Numbered from the stretch's first letter, positions 7,348-18,087 are shown. The stretch: 35,994 nt of DNA from Candidatus Bilamarchaeaceae archaeon (GCA_038851325.1 JAWCKZ010000009.1:1-35994); one strand, 5' to 3'. Notes: generated by a model not told the origin, from the letters alone. Numbers and translations: made by a program.

Positions 7348-9203
7348 GTAAGATAATTGGAATCGATCTTGGAACAAGTAATAGTGCGGCGGCATTCCTT
7401 GAAGGAGGAAAGCCAAGAATTATACCAAGCGCAGAGGGTGCATCGCAATACGGTAAATCGTTTCCAAGTTATGTTGCTTTTACAAAAGACGGTCAGAGGC
7501 TTGTCGGAGAGCCAGCAAGAAGGCAGATGGTCTCAAATCCGGAGGGTACAGTAACCGCCTTCAAACGGAAGATGGGGACTACATACAAATACAAAATATG
7601 GGGAAAGGAATACACGCCCCAGGAGCTTTCTGCGTTTCTCCTTCAGAAGATAAAAAGGGACGCTGAGGAGTTTATTGGTGAAAAAATAGAGAAAGCAGTC
7701 ATAACAGTTCCTGCGTATTTCAACGATAACCAGCGACAGGCGACTAAGGATGCTGGTCGAATTGCAGGGTTGGATGTTGTCAGACTTGTCAACGAGCCCA
7801 CAGCAGCATGTCTCGCATATGGTCTGGACAAGGCTGGAAAGGAAATGAAGATTCTCGTATTTGACCTTGGTGGCGGAACGCTCGACGTTACCATTATGGA
7901 GTTTGGTGGCGGAGTCTTTGAAGTAAAGGCCACTGCTGGAGATACGCAACTGGGCGGAACAGACATGGACAGGATTATTGCCGAATTTCTAACAGACGAG
8001 TTCAGGAAGCAGACAGGTGCTGACATCTCTAGGGATAAGCAGGCACAGAACAGGATCTTGGAGGCAGCAGAGAAGGCGAAGATAGAACTCTCAACAACGC
8101 TGGAAACAGAGATTAATCTTCCTTTCCTTGCATCTGTGAACGGCGAGCCGAAGCACTTCACATACAAACTTACAAGGGCGAAACTCGAGGATCTTGTAAG
8201 GCCTATCATAGAGAGATGCAGAAATCCGGTTGAGCGAGCGCTGAGGGATGCAAAGCTTGCACCTGGAGATATTGACAAGATAATCCTGGTCGGAGGACCA
8301 ACGAGGATGCCGATTGTACAGAAGTTCGTTGAGGATACTATAGGTAAAAAAGTGGAGAGGGGAGTTGACCCGATGGAATGCGTTGCTATGGGTGCTGCAG
8401 TCCAGGGCGGTGTTCTTTCTGGTGAAGTAAAGGATCTTGTGCTGCTTGACGTTACTCCACTCTCGCTCGGCATTGAAACTCTTGGAGGGATAGCTACAAA
8501 ACTTATAGAGAGAAATACCACAATTCCAACAAGGAAGACGCAGATATTCACAACTGCGGCTGACTTCCAGACAGCTGTTGAAATTCACGTTGTTCAGGGA
8601 GAGAGACCAATGGCAAAGGACAATGTCTCGCTTGGGCGATTCCAGCTTGTTGGGATTCCGCCCGCGCCAAGAGGAATTCCGCAGATAGAGGTTACGTACG
8701 ATATAGACGCGAACGGCATACTAACTGTTACAGCAGTTGACAAGGCAACAGGCAAGAGACAGGACATGAAAATCGTTGCGCCACAGAAGATGAGCGAGGC
8801 AGAGATACAGGCAAAGATGAAGGAAGCAGAGCAGTACGCAGAGGAAGACAAAAAGGCACTTGAGTTAGCGCAGGCAAAGAATGACGCTGAATCAATAGTG
8901 TACACCGCTAACAAAACGCTCGACGAGTTTAAGAATAAGTTAAGTGAGGAGCAGAAAAAGGAAATAGAGGAAGCATCTGCAAAGGCAAGGGCAGCAATTG
9001 CTGGAAACGATGTCGCACGGATAAGGGCTGCGATGGAGGAACTAAAGAAGGTGCTTCAGAAGGTTGGCGCATCTTTCTATCAAACTGGGCCGGGGATGGG
9101 AGCAGGAACTGGAGCTGAAGGAACAACCCAGCCCGGAAGTGGAACTGGCGAGCCTCCACCAGGCTCTGAATCAGGTTGGGAAAATACAGGGCGGAGGGAG
9201 TAA
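7344..9203 (+). CDS. dnaK: Chaperone DnaK (Hsp70)
   Basis: [49 protein letters not shown]. Confidence 0.99.
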   Translation: MSKIIGIDLGTSNSAAAFLEGGKPRIIPSAEGASQYGKSFPSYVAFTKDGQRLVGEPARRQMVSNPEGTVTAFKRKMGTTYKYKIWGKEYTPQELSAFLLQKIKRDAEEFIGEKIEKAVITVPAYFNDNQRQATKDAGRIAGLDVVRLVNEPTAACLAYGLDKAGKEMKILVFDLGGGTLDVTIMEFGGGVFEVKATAGDTQLGGTDMDRIIAEFLTDEFRKQTGADISRDKQAQNRILEAAEKAKIELSTTLETEINLPFLASVNGEPKHFTYKLTRAKLEDLVRPIIERCRNPVERALRDAKLAPGDIDKIILVGGPTRMPIVQKFVEDTIGKKVERGVDPMECVAMGAAVQGGVLSGEVKDLVLLDVTPLSLGIETLGGIATKLIERNTTIPTRKTQIFTTAADFQTAVEIHVVQGERPMAKDNVSLGRFQLVGIPPAPRGIPQIEVTYDIDANGILTVTAVDKATGKRQDMKIVAPQKMSEAEIQAKMKEAEQYAEEDKKALELAQAKNDAESIVYTANKTLDEFKNKLSEEQKKEIEEASAKARAAIAGNDVARIRAAMEELKKVLQKVGASFYQTGPGMGAGTGAEGTTQPGSGTGEPPPGSESGWENTGRRE

Positions 9204-9223
9204 CAAAAGAAGGATGATGTGAA

Positions 9224-10342
9224 ATGACGAAAAGGGACTACTACGAAGTGCTTGGAGTACCAAGAAATGCATCACAGGACGAGATTAAGAGAGCTTATCG
9301 CAGGCTCGCGATGCAGTACCATCCAGATAGAAACAAAAGCCCTGATGCAGAGGAGAAGTTCAAGGAGATAAGCGAGGCTTACGCAGTTCTAAGCGACGAG
9401 CAGAAACGCGCAGATTACGATGCATACGGTCATGCTGGCTTTGATAGGATGTATTCTGCAGAGGATATTTTCAGAGGAGCGAACTTCAGGGACTTCGAGG
9501 ATTTATTCCGTAGTTTCGGGTTCGGCTCTGAGGATCCATTTGACATATTTGGCTCTATGTTCGGTTTTGGTAGGCATGGAGGGCGCGTTTATGAACGCGG
9601 TGCTGACCTTGAAACCAAAATAGAGATAACACTTGAAGAAGCTGCGCAGGGAACAAAGAAAAAGATATCCTACTTGAGAAATGCACCGTGCCCAAGGTGC
9701 AGAGGAAGTGGTGCAGAACCAGGTTCGAAGCTTAATGCATGTAGCAAATGTGGAGGCAGCGGTCAGGTAAGGAGCACGCGACGAATGGGTTTCGTGACAT
9801 TTACCTCGATATCAACATGCCCTAACTGCAGAGGTACCGGAAGGGCCTATGAAAAGCAGTGCACTGAGTGCCACGGTTCAGGAAAAAAAAGAAAGACAGA
9901 GGATGTTGAGATAGACATTCCACCAGGAATAAGAACCGGCATGAGGTTCAGAATGCCTGGCTACGGAGAATATGGAAAGGACGGAAGCGGTGCGCTCTAT
10001 GTTTATGTGACAGTGAAAAAACACAAAATATTTGAAAGAAAGGGCGATGAGCTCATAATTACAGTTCCCATAAGCTTTGCACAAGCAGCCTTGGGCGGCG
10101 AGATAGACGTTCCTACATTATTTGGAAAAACAAAACTAAGGATACCAGAAGGGACGGATTCACACGCAGAGTTCAGAATAAGAGGTGAAGGTATGCCTCA
10201 TTTTAACAGTGATAGCCATGGTGATCTGATAGTCAGAACCTTCGTTGAGGTTCCAAAGAAACTATCAAAGAGACAGAGAGAACTGCTGAAAGAGTTTGAG
10301 GAAGAAAGCAAGAAAAAGAAAGGATTTTTCGGATTTTTTTGA
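9224..10342 (+). CDS. dnaJ: Chaperone DnaJ
   Basis: J-domain HPD, G/F-rich region, four CxxCxGxG repeats. Confidence 0.98.
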   Translation: MTKRDYYEVLGVPRNASQDEIKRAYRRLAMQYHPDRNKSPDAEEKFKEISEAYAVLSDEQKRADYDAYGHAGFDRMYSAEDIFRGANFRDFEDLFRSFGFGSEDPFDIFGSMFGFGRHGGRVYERGADLETKIEITLEEAAQGTKKKISYLRNAPCPRCRGSGAEPGSKLNACSKCGGSGQVRSTRRMGFVTFTSISTCPNCRGTGRAYEKQCTECHGSGKKRKTEDVEIDIPPGIRTGMRFRMPGYGEYGKDGSGALYVYVTVKKHKIFERKGDELIITVPISFAQAALGGEIDVPTLFGKTKLRIPEGTDSHAEFRIRGEGMPHFNSDSHGDLIVRTFVEVPKKLSKRQRELLKEFEEESKKKKGFFGFF

Positions 10343-10401
10343 ACAGATAGTCGTGCGTGGAAAAGTTAGGGTTTTTAATTTTCCATTGCTATAAAAAAGA
10401 T

Positions 10402-11379
10402 ATGAAATACCAAATAGACATTTCGCATGTCAGAAAGATTCAGGATTCCATCTGGGATAGCATAAAGTCAACATTCGCGTTCAGAAAGGGCTTTGGAGAG
10501 CCGCTACCAGTGTTCGGTCACTATGGAGGCCTTTTCAAATGTGGAAATGAAACGCTTGTGATACATACTGACGGCGTTGGCACAAAGGTTCTTGTTGCGC
10601 AAGCGCTTGAAAGGTATGACACCATCGGAGTGGATGCTATTGCCATGTCTGTGAACGACATTCTCTGTGTGGGCGCCGAGCCGCTTGTTGGTGTTGATTA
10701 CCTCGCCCTTGCGAGAGAGGACGATGAGCTTGTTGCAGAGATAATGAAAGGACTTGCAAAAGGTGCTGAGGAAAGCGGCTGCGCTATTGTTGGCGGGGAA
10801 ACTGCAATAATGCCAGACATAATAACTGGTGGTGCGAAACCATTCGACCTCGCTTTTACAGTGGTTGGGCGAGTAAAAAAGCAAATAATAGGTGAAGACA
10901 TCGTTAAAGGAGATGTAATTGTAGGATTGGAGAGCTCTGGATTACACAGTAACGGTTACACCCTTGCAAGAAGGCTTCTTGACATCAAGAAATGGGGAGA
11001 AGAAATGCTGAAGCCGACGCGGATATATGCGAGGGCCGTTATTGAGATGATAGATGTATGCGACATTCATGGAATAGCACACATAACCGGCGGGGCTTTT
11101 TCAAAAATAACTCGACTTAATCAAAACCTTGGCTATGACATAGAGATACAAAAGCCAAGTGGTATATTTGAGGAACTTTCAAAAAAGATTGAGTTGGACG
11201 AGATGTGCAGAACCTTCAACATGGGCGTGGGGATGGTTGTAATCTTACCTGAGGATAGAGCCCACACAATAATAAATATCGCAAAGAAGTGCGATATAAA
11301 CGCGGATATAATAGGAAAAGTTGTTGAGGAGAAAGGTGTGCGCGTGAGTTGCGGCGATAGAGTAGTCAAGGTTGTATAG
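10402..11379 (+). CDS. purM: Phosphoribosylformylglycinamidine cyclo-ligase (AIR synthetase)
   Basis: TDGVGTK, AMSVND, GGETA, SSGLHSNG, HITGG, TFNMGVG; likely start ATG 10402. Confidence 0.95.
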   Translation: MKYQIDISHVRKIQDSIWDSIKSTFAFRKGFGEPLPVFGHYGGLFKCGNETLVIHTDGVGTKVLVAQALERYDTIGVDAIAMSVNDILCVGAEPLVGVDYLALAREDDELVAEIMKGLAKGAEESGCAIVGGETAIMPDIITGGAKPFDLAFTVVGRVKKQIIGEDIVKGDVIVGLESSGLHSNGYTLARRLLDIKKWGEEMLKPTRIYARAVIEMIDVCDIHGIAHITGGAFSKITRLNQNLGYDIEIQKPSGIFEELSKKIELDEMCRTFNMGVGMVVILPEDRAHTIINIAKKCDINADIIGKVVEEKGVRVSCGDRVVKVV

Positions 11380-11395
11380 AAAATTTTCTTTTAAC

Positions 11396-12043
11396 CTACT
11401 GCTGTTGTTTGCTCTTCAGAGTTGCTTGTTTTATTCGTGCAAGTCCTCGTACACCATCCCACTCTATATCCCAGCCGTTTATTACGATGCGCTCTCTGAA
11501 AAACGGTGCGTCCGCGACAAAGGTTTCGCCCTCGCCCCCTTCAAGGAACTTGTCTATGTTTTTTGGTTTTGAATCCAACAGTTGTGCAAGCGGTCTGCCG
11601 AGCCACTCCTTTCCGAGCCCTTCCGCAGATACCGCAGTTATGTAGACTTCCATGTGTGCGAGCATTTCGCTCAGGAGCTCTCCGCCCTTGTGCCAGAGCG
11701 GAGCATAGGATGGTATGCCTGCTTTTTCAGCGATCTCTTCAAACCTTCTTCGTTGGTACTCGCTCGCAATTGCACCAGTTACGATACCTTCGACATCTAA
11801 CTCAGAAATAAAATCCAGAAGCACCTCATTCCAGTTTTTTTCTGTTGCATCTGCAATTATGTGTTCCAAGTCCATCGCTTCTGCTTGGAGCGGAGTAAAC
11901 TCCACATTTGGATGGTGAAACATCATGGAATAAGGTTCTGGTCTTACGGTTATCAGCACGGGCTCAAAGCCCTGAGAGAGTGCCCAAAATGCAGCGAACG
12001 TGCTGTCCTTTCCTCCTGAAAAAAAGCATGCAATGCGCGTCAT
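11396..12043 (-). CDS. dph6: Diphthine-ammonia ligase (PP-loop ATPase, DUF71)
   Basis: FSGGKDS PP-loop, YSMMFH, GAIASEYQR, PLWH, GEGGEGETFVADAP. Confidence 0.9.
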   Translation of the reverse strand: MTRIACFFSGGKDSTFAAFWALSQGFEPVLITVRPEPYSMMFHHPNVEFTPLQAEAMDLEHIIADATEKNWNEVLLDFISELDVEGIVTGAIASEYQRRRFEEIAEKAGIPSYAPLWHKGGELLSEMLAHMEVYITAVSAEGLGKEWLGRPLAQLLDSKPKNIDKFLEGGEGETFVADAPFFRERIVINGWDIEWDGVRGLARIKQATLKSKQQQ

Positions 12044-12062
12044 AAAAGAGCAGTCATCAACG

Positions 12063-12329
12063 CTACTCCATAAGGTTTTTCAGCAAACCGCTCGGTATCT
12101 CGTCAGTCTTCAGCGCATCTTCAATGTTTGGGAAATTTTCTGTTGACGACATTGAACCTGTTGTTTCTCTTTCTATCTTCTCGACAACTGCGAAATCTAT
12201 CTGTATCAGCCTGCTACACGTGGGGCACTTGCCCACCGCACTAAGCTGCGTAAGGTCGAGACTGCCATTAAAAGCGAAACTAAGTTCATTTCCACATCCG
12301 TGGCATCTTATACTTCTTTTTAAATCCAT
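12063..12329 (-). CDS. Small zinc-ribbon protein
   Basis: CHGCG...CPTC; co-oriented 19 nt upstream of dph6. Confidence 0.75.
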   Translation of the reverse strand: MDLKRSIRCHGCGNELSFAFNGSLDLTQLSAVGKCPTCSRLIQIDFAVVEKIERETTGSMSSTENFPNIEDALKTDEIPSGLLKNLME

Positions 12330-12426
12330 GCGATCGCCGCGATAAAAATCTCTGATTGGTAATAAAAATCTTTCTATAATAAAATATTGAGGAAGAAGCG
12401 CGGGAGTGCGCGAGAGACGGTGTTGG

Positions 12427-13542
12427 ATGGGAAAGATAAAATGCGCAGTAGTTGGTGTGGGGAACTGCTTCGCTGGGCTTGCTCAGGGAATAGAATATTA
12501 CAGAAGAAATCCTGATAAAAAAATAATCGGGATTATGCACACACTGATGGGAGGATACGGGCTGGAGGATATAGAGTTTGTCGCTGCCTTTGATGTCGGT
12601 GAAAACAAGGTGGGCAAACCACTTCATGAAGCAATCTACGCTCTTCCAAACATGGTTGAGTGGATCCCAAAGAACGAGATGCCAAAAAGCGCTGTCATCG
12701 TTAGGGAGAGCCCAGCACTTGACGGTGTTGGGATATGGGTGGAGAATCGCGTTAGACCGATTAAGTCAAAGAAGACCGTGGAAGAGCTACGAAAAGAAAT
12801 CATCGAGGAACTTAGACGGAGCGGCGCAGAGATTATTATTAATTATCTTCCTGTCGGTTCTCAGAGAGCGACAGAGTTTTGGGCGGACATAGCGCTTGCG
12901 GCAAAGTGCGCTTTCATCAATACCATGCCAGTCTTTATCGCAAGCGACAAAGGTTGGGAAAGGAGATTTAGAGAAGCAGGTGTGCCTATTATTGGCGATG
13001 ATGTTAAATCTCAGGTTGGTGCAACCATTGTGCACAGAACGCTTGCAAAACTTTGCGATGACCGCGGCACGGTGATAGACAAAACCTACCAGATAAACGT
13101 GGGTGGAAACACCGATTTTCTCAACATGAAGGAGCAGGAGCGGCTGCAATCAAAAAAAATATCCAAAACAGAGGCGGTACAGTCGCAGCTCACTCATCGC
13201 CTTCCTGATGACAGAATATACGTTGGCCCATCTGACTTCATCCCATTTTTGGGTAATACAAAACTTATGTTTATGCGGATCGAAGGCAGGATGTGGGCCG
13301 ATATGCCGTTCAACATGGAGGTCAGGCTTGAGGTTGATGATAAAGCAAACTCAGCTGGTGTTGTCGTTGACGCTATAAGAGCTGCGAAGATAGCACTTGA
13401 CAGAAAGATTGGTGGTGCAATCCTGCCTGCTTCGGCTTATCTGATGAAGCACCCGCCCGTGCAGATGAGCGATTCTGAGGCAAAGAAAGAACTTGAGAAT
13501 TTTATAAAGGGAAATACAGAAGAAGGCACAAGAAGAAAGTAA
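12427..13542 (+). CDS. ino1: Myo-inositol-1-phosphate synthase
   Basis: GVGNC, NYLPVGS, GDDVKSQVGAT, GGNTDFLNM, SKKISKT, DKANSAGV. Confidence 0.95.
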   Translation: MGKIKCAVVGVGNCFAGLAQGIEYYRRNPDKKIIGIMHTLMGGYGLEDIEFVAAFDVGENKVGKPLHEAIYALPNMVEWIPKNEMPKSAVIVRESPALDGVGIWVENRVRPIKSKKTVEELRKEIIEELRRSGAEIIINYLPVGSQRATEFWADIALAAKCAFINTMPVFIASDKGWERRFREAGVPIIGDDVKSQVGATIVHRTLAKLCDDRGTVIDKTYQINVGGNTDFLNMKEQERLQSKKISKTEAVQSQLTHRLPDDRIYVGPSDFIPFLGNTKLMFMRIEGRMWADMPFNMEVRLEVDDKANSAGVVVDAIRAAKIALDRKIGGAILPASAYLMKHPPVQMSDSEAKKELENFIKGNTEEGTRRK

Positions 13543-13553
13543 AAAATAAAATT

Positions 13554-13838
13554 TTAGAATTTAGGAACAAAGTCTGGTCTCTCGTCAGTGAGGTTGAGTA
13601 TGTACGGGAGCCAGGCCGTCGTGTATTTTACATACGCTGCGATGATTGTGTTCAGGATCTCTATCCTTTTGCCAAGAATTAAAACCACCAGGAATTGAAG
13701 CGGATAGCATATGTAAACAGAGATTGCGGTAAGAATGCCCATGACGATTAACGCTATAAAGCTCAGAATAAGTCTGATAAAGAGCTCCAATCTGGATGCA
13801 CTCTCCTCAAACGGAAGTTTTACTTCAACTTTCACCAC
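13554..13838 (-). CDS. Small membrane protein, DUF4389-like
   Basis: SRLELFIRL, hydrophobic helices, LILGKR, Y...LTDERP. Confidence 0.75.
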   Translation of the reverse strand: MVKVEVKLPFEESASRLELFIRLILSFIALIVMGILTAISVYICYPLQFLVVLILGKRIEILNTIIAAYVKYTTAWLPYILNLTDERPDFVPKF

Positions 13839-13846
13839 AAATCACC

Positions 13847-15283
13847 TCATTTTTTTGTTTTTTTAGATACGTTCCCTTTCTCAGATAATATAATAAATGT
13901 TTCTGTTAGGAGCTTTACACCGATACCGGATGCGCCCTTTTCAAGGTATGGGTGAGAGGTAGTTATGTTTGCTACCCCAGCTATATCAAGATGCACCCAT
14001 TTTGCGTCCCCGACAAATTCTTTTAAAAAGACCGCACCTGTTATGGAACCAGCCTCACCAGTATCACTTATGTTTTTTATATCCGCGTAATCGGATTTCA
14101 TCATCTCGCTGTATTCCTTCCACAGAGGAAATGGCCAAACGCGCTCGCAGGTTGCATATCCGCTTTCTTGAAAGAGCTTTGCGAGCTGTTCATCATTGCT
14201 GAACATTCCTATAGCGTGCCTACCAAGGGCGACGATAATTGCTCCTGTTAGGGTTGCTAAATCAATTATAGCGTCTGGCTTTTGCTCAGCAGCATAGGCA
14301 AGCGCGTCTGCAAGGATAAGCCGACCTTCTGCATCGGTGTTAAGTACTTCAATTGTTTTGCCGTTATAGGCGGTCCATATGTCTCCAGGATGCTGCGCTG
14401 TTCCAGAAGGCATATTCTCTGCAAGCGGAAGGAGCGCCATTATCCTTATTGGAAGCTTAAGCTCTGCCACAGCTCGTATTACTGCAAGGGCTGCAAGCGC
14501 ACCAGACTTATCATACTTCATTTCATACAACTTGGCAGACGGCTTAAGCGATATCCCGCCTGAATCAAACGTTACTCCCTTGCCCACTACTGCGCAAAAT
14601 GGCTTTTTGGCACCTTTGTACTCGAGTACAACAAACCTTGGCTCCTCAACACTTCCGCGAGCAACTGCAAGGAGAGCGTTCATCCCAGCCTTTCTTAACG
14701 CACTCTCATCAAACACCTTAGCGTGAAGGTTATACTTTCTAGCCAATGCGAGCGCTTGCGCTGCGATCGCCTTTGGTGTCATTATGTTTGCTGGTTGTTC
14801 ACCAAGTTCGCGTGCATAATTCTGGCACTCTGCAAGAATCCTTCCAACCCTAACCTCTTCAGAGACGTCTTTTTTTGAGACAAGCGTGAGAGAGTTTATT
14901 GACTTTTCTTCGATTTTTGTCTTTAATTTCAGGAATTTGAAGTCTGCGAGAAGTGCACCTTCGGTAAGAAGTTTCGCAGCATGCGCGATATCTGGCACAA
15001 AAAAGCCTATATCTGTTTTCTTCATACCCTTTGAAAATCTAATAGCAGTGCCAGCAGCTCGTCTAAGATAATCTGGTTCAAATTCCTCCTTTGGACCAAG
15101 AGATACGAAGGCGAGCCGACTGTAAGGTGCTCTTTCTGCAGGTGCAGAATAGACTTCGCACAGTTTTCCTTCGAATGATTTTGCATCAGTTCTGAATCGC
15201 TCAAACTCAACCGGTAACTCCTTTCCAAAACCGAAATAGAATAGAATGTCTCCCTCGAATTGCTTCGCCAGCAATATTTTCAT
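13847..15283 (-). CDS. pepA: Leucyl aminopeptidase (M17)
   Basis: VGKGVTFDSGG, MKYDKSG, NTDAEGRLILAD, DLATLTGA, HLDIAG; start ATG 15283 with GGAGG SD. Confidence 0.95.
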   Translation of the reverse strand: MKILLAKQFEGDILFYFGFGKELPVEFERFRTDAKSFEGKLCEVYSAPAERAPYSRLAFVSLGPKEEFEPDYLRRAAGTAIRFSKGMKKTDIGFFVPDIAHAAKLLTEGALLADFKFLKLKTKIEEKSINSLTLVSKKDVSEEVRVGRILAECQNYARELGEQPANIMTPKAIAAQALALARKYNLHAKVFDESALRKAGMNALLAVARGSVEEPRFVVLEYKGAKKPFCAVVGKGVTFDSGGISLKPSAKLYEMKYDKSGALAALAVIRAVAELKLPIRIMALLPLAENMPSGTAQHPGDIWTAYNGKTIEVLNTDAEGRLILADALAYAAEQKPDAIIDLATLTGAIIVALGRHAIGMFSNDEQLAKLFQESGYATCERVWPFPLWKEYSEMMKSDYADIKNISDTGEAGSITGAVFLKEFVGDAKWVHLDIAGVANITTSHPYLEKGASGIGVKLLTETFIILSEKGNVSKKTKK

Positions 15284-15346
15284 AATTTCAGCCTCCCAAT
15301 ACACATCTTCTTTGCGTTTTAAAAATTTTCTCAATTCTATTTTATC

Positions 15347-16198
15347 ATGGTAAATCCAAGGATTCGATTTGGGCCTGCTGGGATACCGATACAGTGCGAT
15401 GGAAGAAGTACCCTTGATGGTGTCAGGTGTTGCAAAGAGCTCGGCTTGGATGCTATGGAGATAGAGTTTGTTCAGGGCGTTCGACTGAAAGAGACAGATG
15501 CCGAAAAAGTAAGAACTGTTGCGGAGGAGCTTGACATCTCGCTTTCATCCCATGCGCCCTATTTCATAAACTTCTGCTCAAAGGAAAAAGAAAAAATAGC
15601 GACCAGCAGGCGAAACCTTATACAGGCGGCTGAGATAACACAGGCTGCAGGAGGAAGATTAACTGTTTTTCATCCCGGTTTCTATCAAAATCAGACAAAA
15701 GAGGAGGCATTTCAGCGTGCAGCAAAAAACCTTAGAGAGGTTGCAACTTACCTGAAAGAGAGGAAGATAAAAACAATGCTTGGAGCAGAGACGGTTGGGA
15801 AGCCATCGCAATTCGGAGGTCTTGATGAAGTGCTCAAGTTGGCGCATCAGGTTGATGGCCTGCTACCAGTGCTTGATCTGGCGCACATGCACGCGCGAGG
15901 AGATTTTAACATAAAAGATGAGGATGCTTATAGAAACATATTTTCTGTTGTTGAGAAAGAACTCGGCAGCTATTTCAAGAACTTTCATTTTCATTTTTCT
16001 GAGATAGAGTTTACCGCAAAGGGCGAGAGAAATCATCTACCGCTTGGCACAAGGGGTATACCACCGTTCAAGCCGCTGCTAAAGGTGCTTGTGGAAAATG
16101 GCTATTCTGGCACAATAATATCAGAAAGTCCAAAGCTTGATATCGATGCGCAGCTTATGAAGACTGAGTATGAGCGTCTCTGTGCACGCTTAAGATGA
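15347..16198 (+). CDS. nfo: Endonuclease IV (AP endonuclease, TIM barrel)
   Basis: FGPAGIP, HAPYFIN, FHPG, ETVGK.SQFG, DLAHMHAR, HFHFS, GERNHLP, IISESP. Confidence 0.92.
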   Translation: MVNPRIRFGPAGIPIQCDGRSTLDGVRCCKELGLDAMEIEFVQGVRLKETDAEKVRTVAEELDISLSSHAPYFINFCSKEKEKIATSRRNLIQAAEITQAAGGRLTVFHPGFYQNQTKEEAFQRAAKNLREVATYLKERKIKTMLGAETVGKPSQFGGLDEVLKLAHQVDGLLPVLDLAHMHARGDFNIKDEDAYRNIFSVVEKELGSYFKNFHFHFSEIEFTAKGERNHLPLGTRGIPPFKPLLKVLVENGYSGTIISESPKLDIDAQLMKTEYERLCARLR

Positions 16199-16211
16199 AA
16201 AGGTGTGCGAG

Positions 16212-17111
16212 ATGGACGATGAGCTCCTTATAGATTACCTGGAAACGGCTTCTGAATATATCAGAGTGCGAAAGGAGAAGCTTGCAGACTTGAGGCGGGA
16301 ATATGAAGAGGCATTTGATAAGGAGATAAGAGAGGAGATGGACATTCTCAAGGGTGAAATAAAGGCAAAAAGAGCAGAAATAATAGACAAACTTTATGAA
16401 AATGTAGATGAACTGCGGCATATCAAAAAATATTTTCCTGAATTTTTTAAGGTACTTCTCGAGGACGAGGAGATAGGAAAGATACTGAAAAGAAGGGATT
16501 TTCTTTTTGATGCACGCCCTGTTCCACCTAACACTGCGCTTAAACTATTTGCTGAACTTGTGGAAGCAAGAAGACAGCTGAAGGATGCCATCGGCTTTCT
16601 TGAGAGATGGCAGGGCGTAATAACAGAGCGCCAGCTTACTGCAACCTATCCAATTCTAAAAGGTAAGATAAGTGGGGATATGGAAAGCACAGATGCAATC
16701 GAGAAGATAAAGATGTTGGATGAAAAGTTGAAGAAAGAAGGATGGCGTATTATCATAAGCAATGAGCAACTTACGGCGCAGAAAGCTGATATGCTGATGA
16801 AACGGCTGAAGAAAGTAGAGTTGGAACTGCGCCGCGCGGAGCTTAATTACGAAGAAGCAAAAAACCAAGGAAGCGTAAATGAATATATCGCGCTTAAGAC
16901 GGTTAAGAAATTTGAGGAAAAGAAGGCACGATGGGAACGAGCAATACGGCGGCTTTTGCTCGCCAATCCTGCTTATCTTTCTTCCTTAAAGAAAAAAAGT
17001 TGGTTGCAAAGAGAAAAAAGGGGCGAGATAGAGCATTTCGCGGAAAACATTGCAGCAAAAAAGGTAAAGGAAAAGATATGGCTCGACAAAATGAGAAAAA
17101 GGCTAAGATAG
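16212..17111 (+). CDS. Hypothetical helical/coiled-coil protein
   Basis: Long K/E-rich ORF co-oriented just after nfo; SD AAGGTG. Confidence 0.75.
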   Translation: MDDELLIDYLETASEYIRVRKEKLADLRREYEEAFDKEIREEMDILKGEIKAKRAEIIDKLYENVDELRHIKKYFPEFFKVLLEDEEIGKILKRRDFLFDARPVPPNTALKLFAELVEARRQLKDAIGFLERWQGVITERQLTATYPILKGKISGDMESTDAIEKIKMLDEKLKKEGWRIIISNEQLTAQKADMLMKRLKKVELELRRAELNYEEAKNQGSVNEYIALKTVKKFEEKKARWERAIRRLLLANPAYLSSLKKKSWLQREKRGEIEHFAENIAAKKVKEKIWLDKMRKRLR

Positions 17112-17119
17112 GATTACTG

Positions 17120-17623
17120 CTAACCGATTTTTTTCTTTAGTTCTTCTTTTACTGCTTCGCTGTATGCTGGATTTTTCTCTATAAGTTCCACAAAAAAATC
17201 CCGAAGCATACGTCTTGTTCTTTCTTTGTCGATTGAGTATGCTTTTCTGAAAGCGTCTCTGCTTCTGGGGTCTCCCAAAAGAAGGTAGCAAAGTGCAAGA
17301 TAGAAGTTCACACTGGCATCCTCTGGCCTTATAGCCAGGTATTCTGCGAATCTTCCCTCTGCTTCTTCGATATCGAGGTTTTCAAGATAGGCAAGCCCAT
17401 CGAACATCAGGTATTCTGGTTTTTTGTTCAGCGCAAGGGCTCTTTCAAAATATTCATGAGCATGATCATAGTTTTTCAGCTTCAGTGCTAGTATTCCAAG
17501 CAGATACCAAGCAGTATCATTATTCTTTTCTTTGAAAACAAAATTATTGAGTACCTGTTCTGCTTCTCTATATTTCCCTTTTGCAAGAAGAGCCTTTACC
17601 TTCCCCTCCTCAAGTTCTGCCAT
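17120..17623 (-). CDS. Tetratricopeptide repeat protein
   Basis: AWYLLG...A..YFERALAL, NFYLALCY TPR patterns; ATG 17623. Confidence 0.85.
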   Translation of the reverse strand: MAELEEGKVKALLAKGKYREAEQVLNNFVFKEKNNDTAWYLLGILALKLKNYDHAHEYFERALALNKKPEYLMFDGLAYLENLDIEEAEGRFAEYLAIRPEDASVNFYLALCYLLLGDPRSRDAFRKAYSIDKERTRRMLRDFFVELIEKNPAYSEAVKEELKKKIG

Positions 17624-17690
17624 GGAAGACAATACTTCCGAAGGTAATAAAAACAAATCCTTCCAAAATGAAAAAGGAGAAAACAGGGAA

Positions 17691-17772
17691 TGGACGACGC
17701 ATCACCATGTATCCCAGTAATGAATATAGGATTCGGTGTTCAAACAGCTCGAACCCTACGGGCTGGCGTCCA
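17691..17772 (-). ncRNA. Candidate structured small RNA (82 nt)
   Basis: Terminal stem TGGACG/CGTCCA, CCAG/CTGG, 9-bp stem TAGGGTTCG/CGAATCCTA (G-U only on the minus strand). AATATAAA ~25 nt upstream and a U-rich tract downstream. Confidence 0.5.
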
Positions 17773-17832
17773 AACGCAGGTTTATAAATAGTTTCGTTTA
17801 TATTATTATTGTCAGTGTTAATGTGTGGTAGT

Positions 17833-18087
17833 ATGGCAAGGTATGCGGAGATAGAGGCGCTAAAGAGAGAAAAAGAGAAAAAAGAACTCCCGTCTAAAGT
17901 AGCACTTGAAATATATTCGCCAACAGAGATAGCCAGTAATCTCGGCAGTGCATTGAAAATCGCTACACTACCGCCAGAGTACAGAAAGAAACCGGAAGAG
18001 GCCGACAGCGCCATTAAACTTGCACAGAAAACAAAAAAACTCGACATTACAAATCTTCCGAGAAATTTCACAGAGATGATAGCCTAA
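17833..18087 (+). CDS. Hypothetical small protein
   Basis: ORF with genome-like codon use, TTTATAAATA at 17781-17790 upstream. Confidence 0.6.
   Translation: MARYAEIEALKREKEKKELPSKVALEIYSPTEIASNLGSALKIATLPPEYRKKPEEADSAIKLAQKTKKLDITNLPRNFTEMIA

Noticed and set aside
7643..8551. 302-aa antisense ORF inside dnaK
   Set aside because: Long antisense frames opposite hsp70 genes are a well-known codon-bias shadow.
17691..17772. 5S rRNA, SRP RNA, tRNA or a known riboswitch as the identity of the structured element
   Set aside because: Too short for 5S or SRP, no cloverleaf or T-loop, and no riboswitch consensus I can match; left as an unassigned candidate.
17610..18071. 153-aa hydrophobic minus-strand ORF
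   Set aside because: The F/S/L-rich composition is the mirror of a K/E-rich plus-strand gene, and it runs through divergent promoters and the ncRNA candidate.
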